DNA from: a virus
Taxonomy: Duplodnaviria; Caudoviricetes
Direction: 5' to 3' (one strand)
Virus record (IMG/VR): IMGVR_UViG_3300032218_001157
Coordinates: 1-24,703 of that record
DNA: 24,703 nt
Below are positions 1 to 6,810 of the stretch, piece after piece. Numbering within the stretch: the first letter of the stretch is position 1; every line of letters begins with the position of its first letter. Below the pieces are notes generated by a model that worked only from the letters and a program-made list of their open reading frames with translations, ran no database searches and was not told the DNA's origin. The position numbers and the translations under genes are program-made.

Positions 1-4
1 CATT

Positions 5-253
5 TCACTCATCGTCAACCTTTTGATTATTACGCTTTTCTTGAATAGTCAGCTTGTCTTTGTGTGTTTTGCGAGGGTTGCCACAAATATAGCATTCAGG
101 ATTACCACAGTCCATAGCATGATGTTTGGCAAACTTATGCGGTTCGTCAACTTTCATACCAGCGGCTTTGGCAATCTTAGTTTGTTTTTTGATGGCGTTC
201 TCATCCTTGAGTAAACGCTTAGAATGGTTGAATTTGTCTTGTTCAGTACTCAT
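5..253 (-). CDS. Small basic hypothetical protein with Cys/His cluster (possible Zn-binding)
   Basis: 82 aa ORF with motif HHAMDCGNPECYICGNPRK; preceded by a promoter-like sequence (260-287). Confidence 0.75.
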   Translation of the reverse strand: MSTEQDKFNHSKRLLKDENAIKKQTKIAKAAGMKVDEPHKFAKHHAMDCGNPECYICGNPRKTHKDKLTIQEKRNNQKVDDE

Positions 254-259
254 GCGTCA

Positions 260-287
260 ATTATACATAGGTTTATAGTTAAGTCAA
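260..287 (-). promoter_or_regulatory. sigma70-like promoter, probably driving a leaderless mRNA
   Basis: Minus strand TTGACT(287-282)-16 nt-TATAAT(265-260); the ATG at 253 lies 6 nt downstream of the -10 box and there is no SD. Confidence 0.6.
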
Positions 288-312
288 AAGAAAAGGGCAA
301 CTAGTGCCCTTT
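286..312 (-). terminator. Intrinsic terminator ending the tmRNA transcript
   Basis: Minus strand AAAGGGCA-CTAGT-TGCCCTTT hairpin (312-292) running into TTTTCTTTT. Confidence 0.85.
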
Positions 313-494
313 CTGATTTTCTGTTACGAGGTATGTCTTACCCTAGCTGCCTTTATCAGGCCGCAATGCTAAACTGTGAGTCGTTTGCGTTTACTTTTTT
401 TGCTTCTTCGGCCGGGAAACCCCAACCCTACGGCTTTCACATTACCGTGCTGTCCACTCTGTTACTCTTTGCCCTGTCGAAACTATGCAGGCCC
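313..494 (-). ncRNA. ssrA: tmRNA coding piece of a permuted two-piece tmRNA (3' boundary approximate)
   Basis: Begins GGGCCTG CATAGTTTCGAC AGGGCA, a tmRNA-type 5' end. Contains GTAAAC followed by resume codon GCA and the tag frame ANDSQFSIAA-TGA-TAA, with the stops in the loop of a GCCT/AGGC hairpin. Confidence 0.93.
356..388 (-). other. tmRNA tag reading frame (A)ANDSQFSIAA*
   Basis: GCA AAC GAC TCA CAG TTT AGC ATT GCG GCC TGA; has the AND start and C-terminal AA typical of proteobacterial SsrA tags. Confidence 0.93.
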
Positions 495-495
495 A

Positions 496-864
496 TCAGA
501 AAGAAACTTGTTTGAGGTATTGCTCACCTTCACCGGTAACATACCAATACTCATCATCGTTGACTATATATCCTGAATCTGCCAAACTATCCATAGCATT
601 GTCAAATGCTTGGGTGCGTGACTCATCTTCTACATAGTCTAATCCTGACATGATGGCAGTATAGATTCCTTTTAGTATTAGAATTTTACCTAATCCTTTG
701 CTTTGAAAGGTTGGATCTAACTCTACTAAACTTCTTCCACTATCTGCATTGTATTGAAACGTTCCTGCATACTGCCCGTCAACATTCATTTCAACACCAA
801 TAGTATTACTACCTTTTGTTGTGTTGAAACTTAGTTTTGAACCGGCAATCTCAGTAATACGCAT
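496..864 (-). CDS. GNAT-like acetyltransferase-fold protein encoded inside the tmRNA intervening segment
   Basis: ATG at 864 preceded by TAAGGA directly after the tmRNA CCA. Motif VELDPTFQSKGLGKILI resembles the GNAT acetyl-CoA-binding motif A (Q/RxxGxG). Stop TGA lies 1 nt before the coding-piece 5' G. Confidence 0.75.
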   Translation of the reverse strand: MRITEIAGSKLSFNTTKGSNTIGVEMNVDGQYAGTFQYNADSGRSLVELDPTFQSKGLGKILILKGIYTAIMSGLDYVEDESRTQAFDNAMDSLADSGYIVNDDEYWYVTGEGEQYLKQVSF

Positions 865-876
865 CAAACTTCCTTA

Positions 877-941
877 TGGTGGACCTGGGGGGATTCGCAC
901 CCCCGTCCAGAACACTTTTCTCTTTGCTTCATACAGCAATA
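877..941 (-). ncRNA. ssrA: tmRNA acceptor piece of a permuted two-piece tmRNA (5' boundary inferred from promoter)
   Basis: Ends TGTTCTG GAC GGGGG TGCGAAT CCCCC CAGGTCC A CCA. CAGGTCC (887-881) pairs with GGGCCTG (494-488) giving a G3.U pair; TGTTCTG (914-908) pairs with CAGGGCA (476-470); TGCTGT (938-933) pairs with ACAGCA (453-448). Confidence 0.93.
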
Positions 942-947
942 TCTAAC

Positions 948-976
948 AGTATATATTTATTCAGAGTAATTGTCAA
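948..976 (-). promoter_or_regulatory. Near-consensus sigma70 promoter of the tmRNA unit with nested ATAAATA motif
   Basis: TTGACA(976-971)-17 nt-TATACT(953-948); ATAAATA at 960-954 lies within the spacer. Confidence 0.85.
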
Positions 977-980
977 GCAA

Positions 981-1331
981 TTATGCCACCCGATTGAATG
1001 CATCTTCGCCCATATCAGTAATACGGTTGGCTGGAATAGGCATTTTGGATACATACCAACCACTGTCTTTTTCTAATGGGATTCCTGTTACATCTACTTT
1101 CAGTAAAGTCAGTGGATCTTCTGTGCGTTCAGTCTTAGCCATCATCCAACCAGCAACTGTTCTTAAATCATTACTAAGTTTTTCTTTATTGCCAGTGTCT
1201 ACTACTAGAAAGGCATTGCCCTCATACGGATCTAATCCACCATATGTGATGTTGTCTGCATTTTCTACCGTAGTAATGTGATAGGCAGTAGTAAAGTTAT
1301 GCTGTGATTCGGTAAGTTCTTGTATCCGCAT
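981..1331 (-). CDS. Small ADP-ribosyltransferase-fold (Tpt1/KptA C-domain-like) protein
   Basis: Probable start MRIQELTE at 1331. AYHITTVENADNITYGGLDP resembles the YHxT...I...GL signature, with LLKVD and a C-terminal IPANRI. Confidence 0.6.
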   Translation of the reverse strand: MRIQELTESQHNFTTAYHITTVENADNITYGGLDPYEGNAFLVVDTGNKEKLSNDLRTVAGWMMAKTERTEDPLTLLKVDVTGIPLEKDSGWYVSKMPIPANRITDMGEDAFNRVA

Positions 1332-1338
1332 AAGACAT

Positions 1339-1500
1339 TTATTCTTTAGACTTATCAACTGCCTTAGAGATGATATCATATACTTGGGTATATGTATCTG
1401 TTATTTTGTCTAACTGCTGTTCAGTAACCAAATCATTTTCTTCCAAATTAACTAAGTCTTTAGCTAAATTTTCTTGTAATGTTTTAATTTGGTTATTCAT
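1339..1500 (-). CDS. Hypothetical acidic helical 53-aa protein (absent from ORF track)
   Basis: MNNQIKTLQENLAKDLVNLEENDLVTEQQLDKITDTYTQVYDIISKAVDKSKE*; ATGA overlap with the stop of the cupin gene, and fills the gap to the next gene. Confidence 0.7.
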   Translation of the reverse strand: MNNQIKTLQENLAKDLVNLEENDLVTEQQLDKITDTYTQVYDIISKAVDKSKE

Positions 1501-1865
1501 CTAATAACAAATAATTCAGCAAAATGTGCTGTATTTCCGGAATTCAACATTTTTGGTAACATTGAAGGATCTAATATGTCACCTGACTTGTCTAAATTTC
1601 GCAATGCATGTATACAATAAGCTACTGTATTATCTTCTAATGCAGTAAGCTGGTGTTTTTTATCTTTGTTTATATAAATCATATTAGGTGCTTCAAACAC
1701 AGTAGTTAGACCATCAACTTCTACTTCAAGTTTTCCATGTGCTAGTAAAGTAATATGATCGTAATTGTGCATGTGACCTTGTTCTTGGTCACCGGCGTTC
1801 ATAAAATGCATCATACGAGTCCATATGTTGCTTACTAAACTTATTGTAATTTTCGGTGTTTGCAT
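1497..1865 (-). CDS. Cupin-domain protein
   Basis: GHMHNYDHITLLAHG and IYINKDKKHQL cupin motifs 1 and 2. Confidence 0.8.
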   Translation of the reverse strand: MQTPKITISLVSNIWTRMMHFMNAGDQEQGHMHNYDHITLLAHGKLEVEVDGLTTVFEAPNMIYINKDKKHQLTALEDNTVAYCIHALRNLDKSGDILDPSMLPKMLNSGNTAHFAELFVIR

Positions 1866-1868
1866 AAT

Positions 1869-1943
1869 CTACTTTAATAAAAAATGTTTGAGCAGCCCAA
1901 ATATAATCCCAAATAATACTACTAATCCCAAAAGATATTTCAT
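1869..1943 (-). CDS. 24-aa single-TM micropeptide (absent from ORF track)
   Basis: MKYLLGLVVLFGIIFGLLKHFLLK*; starts 7 nt after ATAAATA and stops 3 nt before the cupin ATG. Confidence 0.45.
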   Translation of the reverse strand: MKYLLGLVVLFGIIFGLLKHFLLK

Positions 1944-1950
1944 TGTATAC

Positions 1951-1957
1951 TATTTAT
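1951..1957 (-). promoter_or_regulatory. ATAAATA late-promoter-like motif
   Basis: GATAAATA in an intergenic gap just upstream of an ATG; resembles the T4-type TATAAATA late promoter and recurs at 954-960 and 24244-24250. Confidence 0.5.
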
Positions 1958-1979
1958 CTTTTGAGTATTATGATATGAG

Positions 1980-2705
1980 TCAGTATGTATATTTAAACTT
2001 ATCGATATCTTCTTCAAAGTAAGAGGATATTAAGTTTTTTGTATTTTTATCGTAGTAATCTTGGTATTTATTTCGTGCTGATGAATTCTCACTTGGCAAA
2101 GATACTTTAAAATCAATCATTTCTTGAATTAACTTAAAATCTTCAATTAGATTTTCAAATCGCATAACATGTACTCTATCATTTATCCAGTTACACAGCG
2201 GGGTCGAGAAGTTATAACCTGTAATAAAAGGACAAGACCATATGGGCAACTGTTCAACAAACATACGAAATGATAATTTTGGATTTCCTAGCCATGAATT
2301 ATCAAAACCCCAGCTTGTATAATCAATCGGACTAATATCCCTTAAGGGTAGATGTTCATCTAATATTGATGAGGTAGTTTTTAAGGTATATAAATTGACA
2401 GTGTTATTAATTAGTCTATTTTCCCACCAATTTTTGTAGGTAGATGTTAGAAATGTATACGTGCTAACTACATAATCCCATGGGTTCCTAACCACAGAAA
2501 AAACAAAACCAGTATCACTCGTTAATTGATTAACTTCACGAATCCCCCAATGCTCATTTATGTTTTTATTATAAAATTCATGTTTCTCATAAACAGTAGG
2601 ATTACTAGAACAAACTGCATCAAACCATTTACTTATACTTGTGCCGGATGTTTTTGGTATATGAATAAATGTTATTTTTTCAGGACCTGCTATTTGAAAA
2701 GTCAT
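1980..2705 (-). CDS. Sulfotransferase (Sulfotransfer_2-like)
   Basis: 5'-PSB motif FIHIPKTSGTSI, 3'-PB motif FSVVRNPWDYVVSTY, plus RFENL and C-terminal YQDYY...F.EDI..F.Y. Confidence 0.88.
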   Translation of the reverse strand: MTFQIAGPEKITFIHIPKTSGTSISKWFDAVCSSNPTVYEKHEFYNKNINEHWGIREVNQLTSDTGFVFSVVRNPWDYVVSTYTFLTSTYKNWWENRLINNTVNLYTLKTTSSILDEHLPLRDISPIDYTSWGFDNSWLGNPKLSFRMFVEQLPIWSCPFITGYNFSTPLCNWINDRVHVMRFENLIEDFKLIQEMIDFKVSLPSENSSARNKYQDYYDKNTKNLISSYFEEDIDKFKYTY

Positions 2706-5700
2706 TTTATTTTCCGTCCGGATAATTCCATGTGATATTGTTTAATCCAGTCCCAATCATAGGTTAATTTCAACTTTTCTAACTCTCCGTTTACTGAATT
2801 ATAATATTCTACAGCATCTTTAGCACCCTGTATACTATGTTCAGCAAATTCACCGGATCCTACTGTTAACCAAGTATTAAGTCTATCTTTGCTAGTTTTA
2901 TCCTTAGCATATGATAATTTAATACATTCGCGGAAGCTAGTTCTCCAAGTATCCCATTCACTACTATTATACAATGCTACACCGCTATTTACTTCAATAA
3001 CTTCAGTACGACTATCCATAGTAAAGTCAAGACCTCTACCTACAGTACTAAGTGTAAGTTTCTTATTGTTAGCTACAATAGCTTGGTGACCATACTCTAA
3101 ATTGTTTACTGGGTTAGTAGCAGTAAAGATATAATGTCTGCGTGATTTATATACATTTGGTTGCCAAATAAAATCAAAATTTTCACTTACTCGCAACTTA
3201 GCATTTACTAAGAAGTACCACGGTGTAGCACTTGCATTAGCCGCTGCATATTGACTAGCAATTCGACCATTAATTTTGTCAATACGAATTACTTTATTTG
3301 GCAAATCTTTTGTGATAGATAATAAATGTTCATAGTTACTATCAGCACATGCTTCTCCATTGCTAAAGAATATGATATCTAACGGCTCACCTGATGATAC
3401 CGAATGAGTAACACAATGCTCATAATCGGTCAATTTATTATACATATACGTTTTGGTATTTCTAGGCACAATTGCATCATCACCCATTAAATGTACAGTT
3501 AGTTCCTTTCTACTAAGAAAACTATAATCAGTAGGATGTTTCTTTTTAACAAAATGTATGTAAGCAGTTGAATACTTACCATCATGCAAAGCATCAAAGA
3601 TACTATCTTCATACTCTACTTGTTCAATAGATAAATCGGCTGATATATCAGTAATGAATTTATTGGCTATACTTGAAGTACTCTTATATGTAAGAGTTGG
3701 CATAATTTCAGGTGTGTGAAATTTATTACCAAACACGTATGTATAATTTTCTTCCGTATCGTCTGGATGCCAACTAAAGTCAAACGTTCCTGTATTAATA
3801 GGTTCAATGATACGCCAATTACGATTGTTAGGTTTCTTAACTGCCTTTAGTACATCTATGTATTTTATTTTATCTGCGCCAGGTACAATATAATTTGGGC
3901 CACCTGTCTTCTGCCATTGTGTACCGAACTTATATATGAACGGTGGTTCGCCCGGATCAGGACACCAGCTGTAATCAAACATGCTATCATCCACATCATC
4001 AGGTATAATCCAGTTATCTAAGTTAGGTGTTAGTTTAGCTATTACATCAGTAACATATTTCTTTTCTGTTGCACTTTTAACTCTATAAAGAAGTGTGGGC
4101 ATAACTTCTGCTTTGTGCCATTGATTACCAAATACATAGATAAAGGGCGGATCATCAGGATGTGGGTGCCAACTATAATCAAACTCTAAGTTATTGACTA
4201 ACGGTCTAAACTGTCTATCTTCTGTAGCTTTACGTATAGCAACTTGGTCACTACAATATTTTTTGTTAGTACTACCTTTAGTTACATATATCGGGCCGCC
4301 CCCAGTTTGCCATTGTGTTCCAAACTCATACATCATAGCTGGTTCTGTATCATCAGGGTGCCAACTAAAATCAAATTTGTCAGTTTCTATTTCTGCTAAC
4401 ATTCTCCAATTACGCATATTAGCTAACTTAATAACCTTTTGTGTAGTAACATATTTTACTTCGGTAGCACCAAATACAACATATCTTGGACCACCTGTCT
4501 TTTGCCACTGTGTCCCGAATTGATATATGAATGGAGGGTCGTTAGGGTTAGGGTGCCATGTATAGTCAAACATGCTATCATCTATATCATCAGGTACAAT
4601 CCATTTTGATTTATTAAGTGATAAACGAATTGCTATCTGGTCTGCACAATATTTTTTCTTAGTACTACCTTTAGTTACATATATAGGACCTCCTCCGGTT
4701 TGCCATTGAGTTCCAAACTCATATATCATTAGAGGTTCAGTATCATCTGGATGCCAACTAAAATCAAACTTATCTGTTTCTATCTCATCTAGCATTCTCC
4801 AATTACGCATGTTTACTAACTTGGTAACTTTTTGAGTGTCAACATACTTTACCTTAGTGGCACCTTGTACTAGATAAGATGGTCCACCAGTCTTTTGCCA
4901 TTGTGTTCCAAATCTATATTCTAAAGGCGGATCATTAGGATTAGGTACCCAGCTATAGTCAAACATACTATCATCGATATCATCTGGTATTGTCCATTTA
5001 GATTTATCTGCTAGTAATGTCGCTTTGTGATTATCTATATATTTCTTTTCAGTAGAATTTGATATGCGATATATTATAGTTGGCATAGTTATAGAATCAT
5101 ACCACTGATTACCAAATATATAGATATAAGGGGAGTCATCTTCATCGGGATGCCAACTATAATCAAAATCTATATTTGCGTGTAATGGTCGCCAATTACG
5201 ATTGTCAGTATCAGGTAACCTTTTAACTGCCATAGTTGACATATATTTGATACCCGTACTTACTTCACTATCATATACTGGTCCACCTGTTCTTTGCCAT
5301 TGCGTACCAAATTTATATGTGAGCGGAGGATCGGTTGGGTTAGGTACCCAACTATAATCAAACATACTGTCATCAATATTATCAGGTATTTTCCACTTAG
5401 CTTTATCTGCTAACAATGTTGCTTTGTGGTCATGTATAAATTTCTTTTCAGTTGCACCTTTAACTCTATACAAAACAGTTGGCATTATTTCAGGCTCATA
5501 CCATTGATTTCCAAACACATATATGTACGGAGGGTCATCTTCATCTGGGTGCCAACTATAGTCAAAGTTTATATTTGCTTGTAATGGTCTCCAATGTTTG
5601 TTTGTTGAGTTATCAATTATTGCGTGTTGAACATCAATGTGTTTAACAGTTTCAGCACCGTCTACTATATATTTAGGTCCACCATTCTTTTGCCACTGAG

Positions 5701-6238
5701 TACCAAATTGCCAAATAAATGTAGGCTCATATGGATGTGGTACCCAACTATAATCAAACTCTATAATATTATCAGGTATTTCCCATTTACTTTGATCCGG
5801 TAACAAAGTTGCAGTAACATCATACATGAACTTCTTTTCTGTTGCTCCTGAAACACGATATTGGTAAGTAGGCATAATGTCTACATCATACCATTGATTA
5901 CCGAATATATAGATATAGGGAGGGTCAGTATCAGGCGGATGCCAACTAAAATCTATTGTACTATTAGTTAGTAACGGTCTCCATGCTCTATTATTAATAT
6001 CAGGTTTTCTTATTGCATGTTGAAATTCTTGATACTTTATTCCTTCATGCTCTGGAATAATAAATCTAGGTCCGCCAGTGGGTTGATGCTGTGTACCAAA
6101 TTGATGTATGTAGGGGCGGTCGCATGGATCTGGTCGCCAGTCAAAGTTGAACTCTGTTGTATCTAGATTGTCAGGTACTTCCCAGTAACCTTCATTCCAT
6201 AAATTTAATCTTCTATCTATTTCTTTTGTATCAATCAT
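2702..6238 (-). CDS. 1178-aa protein: 13 tandem ~65-aa Trp/Pro/Asp-rich repeats plus a C-terminal glycosyltransferase-like domain
   Basis: Repeated FDYSWxPxxxxPPxxYxFGxQW. The C-terminus (IIFFSNGE...RIDKING...AAANAS...WRTSFRECIKL) aligns by eye with the 18879-19826 product. Confidence 0.85.
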   Translation of the reverse strand: MIDTKEIDRRLNLWNEGYWEVPDNLDTTEFNFDWRPDPCDRPYIHQFGTQHQPTGGPRFIIPEHEGIKYQEFQHAIRKPDINNRAWRPLLTNSTIDFSWHPPDTDPPYIYIFGNQWYDVDIMPTYQYRVSGATEKKFMYDVTATLLPDQSKWEIPDNIIEFDYSWVPHPYEPTFIWQFGTQWQKNGGPKYIVDGAETVKHIDVQHAIIDNSTNKHWRPLQANINFDYSWHPDEDDPPYIYVFGNQWYEPEIMPTVLYRVKGATEKKFIHDHKATLLADKAKWKIPDNIDDSMFDYSWVPNPTDPPLTYKFGTQWQRTGGPVYDSEVSTGIKYMSTMAVKRLPDTDNRNWRPLHANIDFDYSWHPDEDDSPYIYIFGNQWYDSITMPTIIYRISNSTEKKYIDNHKATLLADKSKWTIPDDIDDSMFDYSWVPNPNDPPLEYRFGTQWQKTGGPSYLVQGATKVKYVDTQKVTKLVNMRNWRMLDEIETDKFDFSWHPDDTEPLMIYEFGTQWQTGGGPIYVTKGSTKKKYCADQIAIRLSLNKSKWIVPDDIDDSMFDYTWHPNPNDPPFIYQFGTQWQKTGGPRYVVFGATEVKYVTTQKVIKLANMRNWRMLAEIETDKFDFSWHPDDTEPAMMYEFGTQWQTGGGPIYVTKGSTNKKYCSDQVAIRKATEDRQFRPLVNNLEFDYSWHPHPDDPPFIYVFGNQWHKAEVMPTLLYRVKSATEKKYVTDVIAKLTPNLDNWIIPDDVDDSMFDYSWCPDPGEPPFIYKFGTQWQKTGGPNYIVPGADKIKYIDVLKAVKKPNNRNWRIIEPINTGTFDFSWHPDDTEENYTYVFGNKFHTPEIMPTLTYKSTSSIANKFITDISADLSIEQVEYEDSIFDALHDGKYSTAYIHFVKKKHPTDYSFLSRKELTVHLMGDDAIVPRNTKTYMYNKLTDYEHCVTHSVSSGEPLDIIFFSNGEACADSNYEHLLSITKDLPNKVIRIDKINGRIASQYAAANASATPWYFLVNAKLRVSENFDFIWQPNVYKSRRHYIFTATNPVNNLEYGHQAIVANNKKLTLSTVGRGLDFTMDSRTEVIEVNSGVALYNSSEWDTWRTSFRECIKLSYAKDKTSKDRLNTWLTVGSGEFAEHSIQGAKDAVEYYNSVNGELEKLKLTYDWDWIKQYHMELSGRKIK
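3632..6184 (-). repeat. Intragenic tandem repeat array (~195-200 nt units, 13 copies, higher-order pairs)
   Basis: 13 FG[TN]Q[WH]/FGNKF motifs counted. Near-identical DNA at 393-nt spacing (attctccaattacgcat at 4401 and 4794). Confidence 0.85.
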
Positions 6239-6810
6239 AATCTTTCTACTATTTGATTATATATAATATTATTCCCTTGTTCATCGTAATGATTCATTAT
6301 GCCCCTATTTGTTTTAAACAAAAATTGAAAATTAATCATATGCTCAAATTGATACAAATCACTATAGTCAATATTAGTAACATGTATTGCATGATGGTTA
6401 TGCAATAAGTTATCAATTTCTTTACAAATAAGATTATGTATAAATTTAGCATAACCTATATCAAAATAATTTTCAAAAAAATCAACCAATGCCAACAGTT
6501 TAGAATCTTTTATACTATGCTCTTTTACATCAGAATATATCAAATCACAATTGTTGTGCAGTTTATCCATTGAATGCACCGGATGTTCGTTGACATAAAT
6601 CCTAAAAGGGCTGGTATGACTCACTATGACAACATCAAATTTAGATAAATTTTCATTCTGTAGTTGTAACAATATTTTATATTCTGAACATCCAGCTTGG
6701 GCAACATTCTTAACCTTATGAATTTTTGCAAGTTTGTTAGGCCAACCCTCTCCCTGATATTTTACAGTGTAGTCAGCCGCAAAACTATCCCCGCATATTA
6801 ATATTTTCAA
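6235..6810 (-). CDS. SGNH/GDSL-fold protein
   Basis: ILICGDSF, NVAQAGCS and C-terminal NHYDEQGN; TTG start overlaps the upstream stop. Confidence 0.75.
   Translation of the reverse strand: MKILICGDSFAADYTVKYQGEGWPNKLAKIHKVKNVAQAGCSEYKILLQLQNENLSKFDVVIVSHTSPFRIYVNEHPVHSMDKLHNNCDLIYSDVKEHSIKDSKLLALVDFFENYFDIGYAKFIHNLICKEIDNLLHNHHAIHVTNIDYSDLYQFEHMINFQFLFKTNRGIMNHYDEQGNNIIYNQIVERL

Noticed and set aside
356-498. Read-through fusion of the spacer ORF to the tag peptide
   Set aside because: The tag is out of frame (107 nt offset) and the read-through frame hits TAA before the tag.
495-876. Group I intron or homing endonuclease in the tmRNA
   Set aside because: The insert sits between CCA and the mature 5' end, is filled by the ORF with no room for a ribozyme core, and has no LAGLIDADG, HNH or GIY-YIG motif.
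877-910. tRNA gene or attachment-site remnant of a tRNA/tmRNA 3' end
   Set aside because: There is no D or anticodon arm upstream. The fragment has its own promoter and lies upstream of the complementary 5' half, the reverse of an integration scar, and no integrase is present.
333-1281. Plus-strand ORFs 333-515, 376-576, 876-1076, 970-1281
   Set aside because: Antisense shadows of the tmRNA pieces and minus-strand genes, with no motifs or RBS.
3632-6184. CRISPR array or DGR template/variable repeat pair
   Set aside because: The repeats are long, degenerate, in-frame coding units that differ largely at synonymous sites; there are no identical short repeats with spacers and no reverse transcriptase.
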